NCBI GenBank assembly: GCA_036399275.1
Contig: DASWNK010000104.1
Span: forward strand, 565 to 64,564
Source: Bacteroidia bacterium
Lineage (GTDB): Bacteria; Bacteroidota; Bacteroidia; 2-12-FULL-35-15
DNA length: 64,000 nucleotides
Direction: 5' to 3'
This document shows, in pieces, positions 37,968 through 46,571 of the stretch (positions are counted from its first letter, which is position 1; each line of letters begins with the position of its first letter). The notes under the pieces are model-generated. The model did not search any database. It had not been told where the DNA came from and saw nothing but the letters and a program-made list of their open reading frames with translations. The position numbers and the translations under genes are program-made.

Positions 37968-38891
37968 ATGAAAGCAATTATAGATCCGGTTGCAAAAAAT
38001 ATTTTAGAAAAAGAGCTTTCTACAGAAAGGTTTGTAAGGGATACAAATAATGGTGATAATCAAATTTACATTATCACTCATCACGATTCTCCGCAGGTAA
38101 TGCGCGAGATCGCCCGTTTACGCGAGCTCACTTTCCGTTCTGCGGGTGGCGGAACCGGCGAAGAAATCGATATTGACGAATTTGATACTGCAGATGCTCC
38201 ATACAAACAATTGATCGTTTGGAACGCACATGAAAAAGAAATTGTTGGCGGCTACCGTTATATTAAGCTCAAAGATGCTCCTGTTGTAAATGGTGTGGTA
38301 CATGTTGCTACCACCGAGCTGTTTAATTTTTCTCCGCTTTTTGTCCAAAAATATGTTCCTGAAACAATTGAATTGGGAAGGTCTTTCGTTCAGCCAAAAT
38401 ATCAACCCTCGGTCGATAACCGAAAAGGCTTGTTTTCATTGGATAATCTGTGGGACGGCCTCGGTGCAATTGTGGTAGATAACCCTGATGTAAAACATTT
38501 TTATGGTAAAGTAACCATGTATACCGATTTCAATGTGCATGCAAGGGATCTGATTCTGGCTTTTATGCAATATTTTTTCCCCGACCAGGAAAAGCTTGTC
38601 ACTCCCATTGAGCCATTGATGTTAAAAACGAACGTTACTGATTTTTTGAAATCCATTGATGGTTTGTCTTATAAAGATGCCCATCGGATTCTTGGACAAA
38701 ATGTACGTGAGCTCGGCGAACACATTCCTCCTCTGGTAAATGCATACATGAATCTCTCCGCTACAATGAAAATGTTCGGAACCTCACTCAACTCTCATTT
38801 CGGCGAGGTGGAAGAAACAGGGATCCTTGTAACAATAGCAGATATCTACGACACTAAAAAAGAGCGGCACATCAACACTTATAAGAAATAA
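37968..38891 (+). CDS. GNAT-family (hemolysin-like) N-acyltransferase (GlsB/OlsB-like, N-acyl amino acid synthase)
   Basis: 307 aa. REIARLRELTFRSAGGGTGEEIDIDEFD and VGGYRY...ELGRSFVQPKYQ are typical of OlsB/GlsB-type lipid N-acyltransferases. The gene sits directly downstream of the O-acyltransferase. Confidence 0.7.
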   Translation: MKAIIDPVAKNILEKELSTERFVRDTNNGDNQIYIITHHDSPQVMREIARLRELTFRSAGGGTGEEIDIDEFDTADAPYKQLIVWNAHEKEIVGGYRYIKLKDAPVVNGVVHVATTELFNFSPLFVQKYVPETIELGRSFVQPKYQPSVDNRKGLFSLDNLWDGLGAIVVDNPDVKHFYGKVTMYTDFNVHARDLILAFMQYFFPDQEKLVTPIEPLMLKTNVTDFLKSIDGLSYKDAHRILGQNVRELGEHIPPLVNAYMNLSATMKMFGTSLNSHFGEVEETGILVTIADIYDTKKERHINTYKK

Positions 38892-38970
38892 TTCTCATAG
38901 ATTGAATAATAGAAATGATCTGGCGATGTGCGACAGATTCGTAAATTAGTTTAGATTCGTAAATCAGTAA

Positions 38971-39570
38971 ATGGATATTAAGTCAGCAAAATTTATTATT
39001 AGTAATACCGAAGTTGCCAAATGCCCGGCTCCTGTAAAACCAGAATACGCGTTCATTGGTCGGTCAAATGTCGGGAAATCATCATTGATCAACATGTTGG
39101 TTGATCGCAAGGACATGGCAAAAACCTCCGGTAAACCGGGTAAAACACAGTTGATCAACCATTTTTTGATCAATGACACCTGGTACCTGGTGGATCTTCC
39201 AGGTTATGGATTTGCAAAAGTGTCTAAGGATAAGCGTGAAATTTTTCAGAAATTTATAGCCGATTATATTCTTGAGCGCAAAAACCTGATGTGCCTCTTT
39301 GTACTGCTTGATTCCCGTTTAGAACCTCAAAAAATTGATCTTGAATTCATGGATTGGTGCGGACAGAATGATGTTCCTTTTATAATGGTCTTCACTAAGA
39401 TCGACAAATTGTCGAAAAAGAAATTCAACGATAATATGAATCATTATCGCGAAGAGATGGGCAAGCAATGGGATGAACTGCCGCCATTCTTTTATACTTC
39501 AGCTGAGAAGAAAGAAGGAAGAAAAGAGCTGCTCACTTTAATTGCTGATACAAACAAACTGTTTAAATGA
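38971..39570 (+). CDS. engB: Ribosome biogenesis GTP-binding protein YihA/YsxC (EngB)
   Basis: 199 aa. G1 [13 protein letters not shown]3 DLPGYG, G4 TKIDK. Confidence 0.9.
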   Translation: MDIKSAKFIISNTEVAKCPAPVKPEYAFIGRSNVGKSSLINMLVDRKDMAKTSGKPGKTQLINHFLINDTWYLVDLPGYGFAKVSKDKREIFQKFIADYILERKNLMCLFVLLDSRLEPQKIDLEFMDWCGQNDVPFIMVFTKIDKLSKKKFNDNMNHYREEMGKQWDELPPFFYTSAEKKEGRKELLTLIADTNKLFK

Positions 39571-39574
39571 AAAT

Positions 39575-39604
39575 AAAAAAGCTCACAATTTGTGAGCTTT
39601 TTTA
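39575..39604. terminator. Bidirectional Rho-independent terminator
   Basis: AAAAAAGCTCACAATTTGTGAGCTTTTTT: a 7-8 bp stem (39580-39587 pairs with 39591-39598) flanked by A6 and T6 runs, between convergent genes. Confidence 0.6.
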
Positions 39605-39623
39605 TTTTCATTTGTAGTGCATG

Positions 39624-41453
39624 CTACTTATTTCGTAGAAGGTTGATAAAGCCTTTTGTACTGTGATCTTTGTTGGTTACAGAAATACCTTTCAGTATGT
39701 AGTAGTAAGTTCCATCCGTTAGCTCAACACCTGCAGTAGAACGACCATCCCATTTAATGGTTGAAGCTTGGGCTTCAAATACCTTTAGTCCCCAACGATT
39801 AAAAATTTCAATACTGAATTCTTTGAATCCTGAGCTATTGATGAAGAAATCATCATTAACGCCATCCCCGTCAGGAGTAAATACGTTTGGTATAATGATG
39901 AATTCAAACACGTTCACATCAACTGTATAACAAATTGAATCCACGCAGCCATTACCGTTCCCTGCAGTCATACAAACGGTTTGAATTCCATTAGCGGTAA
40001 ATACATGCGATGGGTTTTGTGAGCTGGAAGTTGTTCCGTCACCGAAATCCCAGAACCAGGTAGTTGCTCCGCCTGTGCTTTGGTCGGTGAAATTATAAGT
40101 AAAGCCAGCAGATGTTGTGTCAAACAAGGCTGTTGGAGGCGTAGAAACGTTCACAATGCATGAGTAAGGATCGGAATAACATCCAACAGAGTTGGTGTCG
40201 ATAACCACCACTGCGCCACCGATTGCGCCCCAGTCTACAGTAATTGAATTGGTTCCGCTGCCGGAAGTGATAGTTGTTCCTGCCGGAGTGGTCCACACAT
40301 AAGTGCTACCTGCAGGTGCGCCAGAAGCTGTAAAGACATTTCCTGTAGAGTTAACACATACATCAGCACAGGCAAATACCGGGTCTGCCAGTTTTTCCCG
40401 GGCTAAAATATAAGGGGAGTTGGAAAAATCGCTCCAGGATATTTTTTTATTGTCATTATAAGTTGCAGCTGTTGTAGTTGTAACAGTACCCATGTTATTC
40501 CAAAGGGCTGCAGTAGGGGTATTCCATTGCGCTAAGCCATCCCATGGTCCATCAGTGGCAAGATTATAGAAAACAGCAATGTCAGCATTGTCTGCACCTG
40601 CTGTTCTGTTGATTTGATGGTAAAATAACGCTGTTACTTTACACATCGTGGTGTCAATCTGAGTAACGTTAAATCCATCTACAGTAGCAGTGTTATTTCC
40701 CAGTCGTGCCGTAAAGACGTTGGCTGCTGCAGAAGCAGGGGTCAGCTTAATTTCACGATAGCGCAATGTGCCAGTGCTCGAACCGGTAGGGAAAGAGTAC
40801 ACTGAACTGGAATTGGTTGCTCTGGAGAATGTGCCTCCAAATGCGCTGCTTACAAAGCCTTCTGCACCAAAAGTGCTGGTGTTTGTAACCGCAGTAACCG
40901 CAGGATTCAGAACAAACATGGTATTTGTTTGTGTTTCCAGCTCACGGTCGTTGATTGTTAAAATACCACTGGTTCCTACGTTTGCATTTACCAGCTGCAA
41001 TGTTTTTTTTCTGTTGGCCGTACCTGCACCCGTACCACTCAATATAAGATTATTGAAGGTTGTAACAACACCTGTTGTGCTGGTAATGAATTGCTGCAAA
41101 TCGCCATTCAGGTTTACTGTGCTGCTGTTTGCTGTGAATGTGGCATCATTTACCCAGTCCTGTTCAACAAGGTAAGTTCCGTTGCCTTGCAAGGTCGATC
41201 CGTTGGTCAGAAAAACACTTCCTGGCGTCCCGCTATTGGCAATAGTCATTGTTCCATTGTTCTCAAAAATAGGAGTGGTGCCTGCTGCACCATCATTCTG
41301 AAATCCGCCGTTTACCTGAACAATAGAAGTCGCGCCGGTAAATACCATCGCGCCATTATTGAATAAAATTGTCTGAGAAAATCCGCTTGTTGCCAAAGCG
41401 CCTGTTACGCTTACAATGGCTAAAAACTTTTTTGAAAGAATAGATGTTTTCAT
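39624..41453 (-). CDS. T9SS cargo: PKD-domain surface protein with type B (gliding-motility-associated) C-terminal sorting domain
   Basis: 609 aa with a signal peptide. It has Thr/Gly/Asn-rich beta-helix-like repeats and a PKD motif (WFWDFGDGTTSSSQNPSHVF). The C-terminus (IPNVFTPDGDGVNDDFFINS...IFNRWGLKVFE...WDGR...GTYYYIL) matches the type B CTD pattern. Confidence 0.8.
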   Translation of the reverse strand: MKTSILSKKFLAIVSVTGALATSGFSQTILFNNGAMVFTGATSIVQVNGGFQNDGAAGTTPIFENNGTMTIANSGTPGSVFLTNGSTLQGNGTYLVEQDWVNDATFTANSSTVNLNGDLQQFITSTTGVVTTFNNLILSGTGAGTANRKKTLQLVNANVGTSGILTINDRELETQTNTMFVLNPAVTAVTNTSTFGAEGFVSSAFGGTFSRATNSSSVYSFPTGSSTGTLRYREIKLTPASAAANVFTARLGNNTATVDGFNVTQIDTTMCKVTALFYHQINRTAGADNADIAVFYNLATDGPWDGLAQWNTPTAALWNNMGTVTTTTAATYNDNKKISWSDFSNSPYILAREKLADPVFACADVCVNSTGNVFTASGAPAGSTYVWTTPAGTTITSGSGTNSITVDWGAIGGAVVVIDTNSVGCYSDPYSCIVNVSTPPTALFDTTSAGFTYNFTDQSTGGATTWFWDFGDGTTSSSQNPSHVFTANGIQTVCMTAGNGNGCVDSICYTVDVNVFEFIIIPNVFTPDGDGVNDDFFINSSGFKEFSIEIFNRWGLKVFEAQASTIKWDGRSTAGVELTDGTYYYILKGISVTNKDHSTKGFINLLRNK

Positions 41454-41486
41454 ATTCTGTTATATTTAATGAAGGAGCAGATAAAA

Positions 41487-41517
41487 CAAATTTAACCTTT
41501 TTTTAGAAAATGTCAAA
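41487..41517 (-). promoter_or_regulatory. Candidate Bacteroidota promoter (TTTG-N19-TAAATTTG) for the type B CTD cargo gene
   Basis: The minus strand reads TTTGacattttctaaaaaaaggtTAAATTTG. Both elements match the consensus with a 19-nt spacer. The -7 box ends 33 nt upstream of the ATG at 41453. Confidence 0.45.
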
Positions 41518-41549
41518 TTCATTCTACTATAAAGATGCAATTAAAAAGC

Positions 41550-41885
41550 CTAAGGTTGCTTACGGGCGATTAATTCCATTTTTTCTCCGAAATGCTGAGC
41601 AAATCCTCTCATTTCCTTGGCCGTTTCTGTTTCTCCGGTTGCTCTGTCGAACGTATCTGCCATGGATAACAGGCATTGGTGGTAAAATTGCTTCATTTCA
41701 TCCACCATCATGTCTTTGGTCCAAAGGTCTATTCTAAGCGTATTGTTCTCCTTTGCGTCCCAAAGGGCTATCATTACTGCTTTGCTGCTGCTTTGTTCTT
41801 TTCCTTCGGTTGCGCTCCAATCTATTTTCTCCGGTAAATTGTTGTCATCAAGGGTTATTTTAAATAAAATCTCTGATTGTTTCAT
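41550..41885 (-). CDS. gldC: Gliding motility protein GldC
   Basis: 111 aa. FKITLDDNNLPEKIDWSATEG...MIALWDAKENNTLRIDLWTKDMMVDEMKQF matches my recollection of GldC. It lies immediately downstream of gldB, the classical arrangement. Confidence 0.8.
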   Translation of the reverse strand: MKQSEILFKITLDDNNLPEKIDWSATEGKEQSSSKAVMIALWDAKENNTLRIDLWTKDMMVDEMKQFYHQCLLSMADTFDRATGETETAKEMRGFAQHFGEKMELIARKQP

Positions 41886-41894
41886 TTGATTATT

Positions 41895-42911
41895 TTATTT
41901 TCCTGGTTTATATTTTGATTTTGTTAGTATTTTCTGTGCATCTACCTCATTCATAAGGTCTTTCATTGTTACATCGGGATTGTTTTTCATGTATTGCCTT
42001 ACTATTTGCCAGCCCATCCAATGTCCGATCCTTGAAGGCGCTTCCTTACTTAAAGCACTTGTAAACGGGCCGTCACTCGTATATTTCATTATTTCGGCCT
42101 GGTCAGTTGTGTATAAAAGCTTTTGTGCTGCAAAATAGCTCCATACATTGAATTCATTTTGTTGGCAATAGTCCATCTGAAGAGCAGAATATTGAATCTT
42201 CAAACTATCCGGAGTTCCGGGAAGCAATGCATCGGCAAGATACATGATCCTGCCCATGTAGATGATTTCACTCAAAAAATCGTGCTTTTGCATCGTGTTT
42301 GGAAATTCTGTCAGCATCCACTGACGGATAGCATCCGGAACCATATTCTCTCTGTTCATAAACATGGATTTATAGCGGGGGACTGCCAGCGCTGTGTAAA
42401 ATTCACTATTGCTTCCCAGGTAGGTCTCCATCCCGATTGCGATAGTGCTATCCACCACTACCACCGAATAATTGAACCCCGAGATCATCGTAACAGGTTT
42501 TGGTAAAGCTTTGTCTGGAAAATGATAATTAAAACGTTCATAAGCCTTTGTCAACCCTTTTTTTAGCTCCTCCGTATCGGGGTATGTTTTTTGGACGTCC
42601 AGAAAAGCTTTTTTCATGTAAAAATCGCTGATAAAACTTTTTATCCGGAAGGCATATGAGGAATCACGCAGCCCCCCATTGTTCAATATGACGCTAACAA
42701 AGGTGGAATAGAACTTTCCATATTTTGCTACCAGCTTTTCGGTGGCGGGCTTTATATTTGTAGTGTCCATTCCAAAAAGATCCTGCTCCAGCCGGTCGAT
42801 GGTAATTTCCTTTATTGAAACATCAGAAACATCTACATCCAGCGGGTCGTTTCCGCAGGATGTCAGAAATAAAAAGAAAACGAAATATATGTATGACTTG
42901 CTATTCTTCAT
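41895..42911 (-). CDS. gldB: Gliding motility lipoprotein GldB
   Basis: 338 aa with a lipoprotein signal FLFLTSCG. The size and the gldB-gldC gene pair fit the pattern known from Flavobacterium johnsoniae. Confidence 0.7.
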   Translation of the reverse strand: MKNSKSYIYFVFFLFLTSCGNDPLDVDVSDVSIKEITIDRLEQDLFGMDTTNIKPATEKLVAKYGKFYSTFVSVILNNGGLRDSSYAFRIKSFISDFYMKKAFLDVQKTYPDTEELKKGLTKAYERFNYHFPDKALPKPVTMISGFNYSVVVVDSTIAIGMETYLGSNSEFYTALAVPRYKSMFMNRENMVPDAIRQWMLTEFPNTMQKHDFLSEIIYMGRIMYLADALLPGTPDSLKIQYSALQMDYCQQNEFNVWSYFAAQKLLYTTDQAEIMKYTSDGPFTSALSKEAPSRIGHWMGWQIVRQYMKNNPDVTMKDLMNEVDAQKILTKSKYKPGK

Positions 42912-42974
42912 ATAAAAAAATATACTTAATATTGTAGGAGATAAAGCTTACACAATCAATTAAAACTCAAATTT

Positions 42975-43877
42975 ATGAAAAATATGAAGAAGATCCTTAC
43001 AATAACTGCATTAGCTTTGATTGGAAATATGGCTTTGGCTCAGGATGGTGGAGGTGAAGACAAAAATTTCCGTTTCGGATTGGCCATTGATCCATCCGTT
43101 AACTGGATGAAACCCGATGGGAAGATTATCTCTGCGAATGGTGCAAACGTTAAATTTGGTGGCGGTGTTATCCTGGAATTCCGTTTGGCGAAAGTTGCTT
43201 CTTTTCAAACCGGCTTGAGAATTGCTACCGATGGAGGCAAAGTGAAATACAATAATGGTGATATTCAAAAACCAAGTTCCAACGTGGTAAACTATTTTTA
43301 CATCAACGCGGATGATGAGATAGCCGAATATATGGCTCCGGATAGTATAGGGGCTTTTTATAAGGAAGAATCAATAAAAGGAAAAACGCACTACCAGTTA
43401 AATGAGCGTCAATACAAAGCGACTTATATTACTATTCCTTTGGTTTTAAAATTGAAAACCAAAGAAATTGGAACAATGACTTATTTTGGTCAATTTGGAG
43501 TAAATGCTTCCTTTCGTTGGAAAGCTGTCGCAAATGATAAAGTAACAGAAATTAAACAAACATCTACAGGTTTTGCCTTGGGTGCTGCAGATACAAAATC
43601 GAAAGTTGACGTAACAAAAGATGTTAGTTTTTTCAAAGCTGCATTAACGTTTGGTTTAGGTGCAGAAATGAATCTTTCCGGTAGTACTTCTCTGACATTT
43701 GGATTGAACTATAACTTGGGTTTCACAAATTCTGTAAAAGCCAATTCTAATTATTTGGCAAAAAGAACAAATGATGCCGACTATAGTTCAGCGGGCCAAA
43801 CAAAAGTGGTAACTTCTGAAATGCCACAAGTATTAAAATCCAGCGCTGTAGTTTTAACAGTAGGAGTTTTATTCTAA
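42975..43877 (+). CDS. Outer-membrane beta-barrel (porin-family) protein
   Basis: 300 aa with signal peptide ...GNMALAQ, alternating beta-strand patterns, and a C-terminal ...LTVGVLF. Confidence 0.6.
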   Translation: MKNMKKILTITALALIGNMALAQDGGGEDKNFRFGLAIDPSVNWMKPDGKIISANGANVKFGGGVILEFRLAKVASFQTGLRIATDGGKVKYNNGDIQKPSSNVVNYFYINADDEIAEYMAPDSIGAFYKEESIKGKTHYQLNERQYKATYITIPLVLKLKTKEIGTMTYFGQFGVNASFRWKAVANDKVTEIKQTSTGFALGAADTKSKVDVTKDVSFFKAALTFGLGAEMNLSGSTSLTFGLNYNLGFTNSVKANSNYLAKRTNDADYSSAGQTKVVTSEMPQVLKSSAVVLTVGVLF

Positions 43878-43896
43878 GAAATAATAGCATACATTT

Positions 43897-43933
43897 AATC
43901 CCGGTTTCATGCACTTGAAACCGGGATTTTTTT
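43897..43933 (+). terminator. Rho-independent terminator after the OMP gene
   Basis: Perfect 13-bp stem AATCCCGGTTTCA/TGAAACCGGGATT (43897-43909 pairs with 43916-43928), a 6-nt loop, then a T-run. Confidence 0.7.
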
Positions 43934-43936
43934 AAT

Positions 43937-44719
43937 ATGAAAAAAAAAGAAGTAATTGATCACATTGTTCACTGGCTGAAATCATACAGCGATCAAAGCC
44001 GGACTTCCGGATTTGTCATTGGGATTTCGGGTGGAATAGACTCCGCCCTGACTTCTACGCTTTGTGCAAAAACGGGGATGCCGCTGATTTGTATCAGTAT
44101 GCCCATTCATCAGCATAAGGCTGAATATGACCGTGGACATGAGCATATCGGCTGGCTAAAAAAACAATTTCCAAATGTGAGTTCCCAGGAAGTGGAACTC
44201 ACAGAGACTTTTCAAAGCATTAGCGCAGCATTGCCCCTGGATATTCAGGATTGGCTTAGCATGGCTAACACTCGTTCACGCTTGCGTATGACCACTTTGT
44301 ACGCTTTTGCATGCCATCATAAAATGCTGGTAGCCGGAACAGGAAATAAAGTAGAGGATTTCGGAATCGGCTTTTTTACAAAATATGGTGATGGTGGTGT
44401 TGACCTTAGTCCGATTGCTGATCTTATGAAATCAGAGGTGTATGCATTGGCGAAGGAACTAGGAGTTGTAAATTCAATACTTGTTGCAGCTCCTACGGAT
44501 GGCTTATTTGCTGATAGCCGAAGTGATGAACAACAGATCGGTGCCAGTTATGATGAACTGGAGTGGGCGATGGGTTTTATTGCAAACCCACATGATTTTT
44601 CAACGCTCAATGAGAGGCAAAAACTGGTATTGGATATATATACGCGAATGAATAAGGCGAATCAGCATAAAATGGTTCCTATTCCTGTTTGTATCATTCC
44701 ATCAGAACTTAAAAAATAA
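43937..44719 (+). CDS. nadE: Ammonia-dependent NAD+ synthetase
   Basis: 260 aa. PP-loop GISGGIDSALT, and GTGNKVEDFGIGFFTKYGDGG. Confidence 0.9.
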   Translation: MKKKEVIDHIVHWLKSYSDQSRTSGFVIGISGGIDSALTSTLCAKTGMPLICISMPIHQHKAEYDRGHEHIGWLKKQFPNVSSQEVELTETFQSISAALPLDIQDWLSMANTRSRLRMTTLYAFACHHKMLVAGTGNKVEDFGIGFFTKYGDGGVDLSPIADLMKSEVYALAKELGVVNSILVAAPTDGLFADSRSDEQQIGASYDELEWAMGFIANPHDFSTLNERQKLVLDIYTRMNKANQHKMVPIPVCIIPSELKK

Positions 44720-44734
44720 TTTACTCCCATTTTT

Positions 44735-46066
44735 ATGATAGATCAATTGTATTCCACTTTTTTGAAAAATCCGCTCGTGTGCACCGACACCAGAGATATA
44801 AAGCCGCGGGCGATTTTCTTTGCATTGAAGGGCGGGAATTTTAATGGTAATAAGTTTGCCGAACAAGCGTTGAACGCAGGTTGTTCATTTGCTGTTATCG
44901 ATGAGGAAGAATATAAAAAAGATGAGCGCTGTATTTTAGTGAAGGATGTGCTTACTGCTTTACAGGAGCTTGCTCATCATCACAGGAATCAATTGACTAT
45001 TCCTGTGATCGGTATTACCGGTTCAAACGGAAAAACAACTTCTAAAGAGCTCATTAATGCTGCGCTGAGTCAAAAATTCAACGTGCTTGCCACTAAGGGG
45101 AATTTGAATAACCATATTGGCGTTCCCCTGACATTACTAAGTATCACGAAAGAACATGAAATAGCGATCATCGAAATGGGAGCTAACCACCAGGGAGAGA
45201 TCGCTTTGCTTTGCAGGATCGCGGAACCTGATTTTGGCATCATTACCAACATCGGAAAGGCTCATCTGGAAGGCTTCGGTGGATTAGAAGGTGTTAAGAA
45301 AGGGAAGAGTGAATTATTTGATTTTATTCGTGAAAAGCAATTTAGCCAGCCTGATGGAAAAGGAAAGCTCTTTGTGCACGGTGATGATGAGGTGTTAATT
45401 GAACTTGCCGGAAATGCCGAAAAGATCACTTATGGTACAAAAAAATTATATGATATTGTTGGCAGCATTCACGGAAACAAACAGGATGAATTTATTTCCT
45501 TCCAATGGGCTACCCGATACAATGCTGTAAATATTAAAAAATCAGAACTGGTCAACACTCAATTGGTAGGCATTTATAACTACTATAATTTATTATGTGC
45601 TGCATGTGTTGGCAATTATTTTAAAGTGGAAGATGGGCTTATCAATAAAGCTTTGCGTGAATATACGCCTTCCAACAACCGCTCTCAACTGCATAAAACA
45701 AAGAGCAATACGTTGATCCTGGATTATTACAATGCCAACCCTTCCAGTATGAGCCTGGCAATCGAAAATTTTGCAGATCTCAATCAGCCGAATAAAATGG
45801 TGATACTCGGTGACATGTTGGAGCTGGGGGCCGAAAGTGCTGCTGAACACGATGCTATTTTAAATCTGTTAAAACAAAAAAATATTTCCGACGCTATTCT
45901 GGTGGGACCATTATTCATGGAAGCAGGAAAAAAATCGGATATGAGAACTTTTGCAGACAGTGAACAAGTGATGAAATACTTGAAAGAGAAGCCTGTGAAA
46001 GACACCACTATTCTCATAAAAGGCTCACGCGGCATTCAATTGGAAAAGGTTGTTGCAGTTTTATAA
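44735..46066 (+). CDS. murF: UDP-N-acetylmuramoyl-tripeptide--D-alanyl-D-alanine ligase
   Basis: 443 aa. FFALKGGNFNGNKF, GITGSNGKTTSKE, DYYNANPSSM, IKGSRGIQLE. Confidence 0.9.
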   Translation: MIDQLYSTFLKNPLVCTDTRDIKPRAIFFALKGGNFNGNKFAEQALNAGCSFAVIDEEEYKKDERCILVKDVLTALQELAHHHRNQLTIPVIGITGSNGKTTSKELINAALSQKFNVLATKGNLNNHIGVPLTLLSITKEHEIAIIEMGANHQGEIALLCRIAEPDFGIITNIGKAHLEGFGGLEGVKKGKSELFDFIREKQFSQPDGKGKLFVHGDDEVLIELAGNAEKITYGTKKLYDIVGSIHGNKQDEFISFQWATRYNAVNIKKSELVNTQLVGIYNYYNLLCAACVGNYFKVEDGLINKALREYTPSNNRSQLHKTKSNTLILDYYNANPSSMSLAIENFADLNQPNKMVILGDMLELGAESAAEHDAILNLLKQKNISDAILVGPLFMEAGKKSDMRTFADSEQVMKYLKEKPVKDTTILIKGSRGIQLEKVVAVL

Positions 46067-46083
46067 ATCTTAAATCAATTACA

Positions 46084-46521
46084 TTGTTAAAATTATCCAG
46101 AACAAAATGTTTGCTCCTTGGACTTGGTGTAATATTTCTTGTTTATTCCATTGACCGCTTTCGGCATATTTTCGGTTCGGAAAAAGTAAAAGGGGAGTTT
46201 GTTTTTTACGTTGACGAGATGGTGAACGGGGAGAAGCTGTCTTTTCCCATCATTCAATATGTTGTGAGAGACAGCGCGTATCAGTTCAAAGCCAAAGAAA
46301 ATACATTTTACGAACCCGGGCAGGAAGTGCCCGTGTTGCTTGCAAAAGGGGATCCTGATCAGCCGCTGTTATACACTCCCGGATCTTTCTGGTTTTTCCC
46401 ATTGTTGTATTTTATCCTGCCTGTGCTTCTCTGGTCATCTTTTTCACTCAGCTATATCGGCAGCAATGAAGTGGTGATCATTAGCTTTTCTTTTCCTTTC
46501 TTTAAAAAGGATAAAAATTAA
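46084..46521 (+). CDS. Hypothetical membrane protein
   Basis: 145 aa with a TTG start. An N-terminal TM helix, a soluble segment and C-terminal TM helices. No family recognised with confidence. Confidence 0.4.
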   Translation: MLKLSRTKCLLLGLGVIFLVYSIDRFRHIFGSEKVKGEFVFYVDEMVNGEKLSFPIIQYVVRDSAYQFKAKENTFYEPGQEVPVLLAKGDPDQPLLYTPGSFWFFPLLYFILPVLLWSSFSLSYIGSNEVVIISFSFPFFKKDKN

Positions 46522-46555
46522 AAAGCCGCAGCGGTTAATTGCAGCGGCTTTTTTA
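46522..46555. terminator. Probable bidirectional Rho-independent terminator
   Basis: AAAAAGCCGCAGC-GGTTAATT-GCAGCGGCTTTTTT: a 9-bp stem with one mismatch (46524-46532 pairs with 46541-46549), flanked by A and T runs, between convergent genes. Confidence 0.5.
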
Positions 46556-46571
46556 TGAGTTGAGTATTGGT

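Noticed and set aside
42968-42975. TAAATTTG on the minus strand as a gldB promoter -7 box, overlapping the start codon of the divergent OMP gene
   Set aside because: It is an exact TAnnTTTG match about 57 nt upstream of gldB. However, no TTTG element sits at the expected -33 position, and the 63-bp region is AT-rich, so chance matches are likely. I did not list it as a feature.
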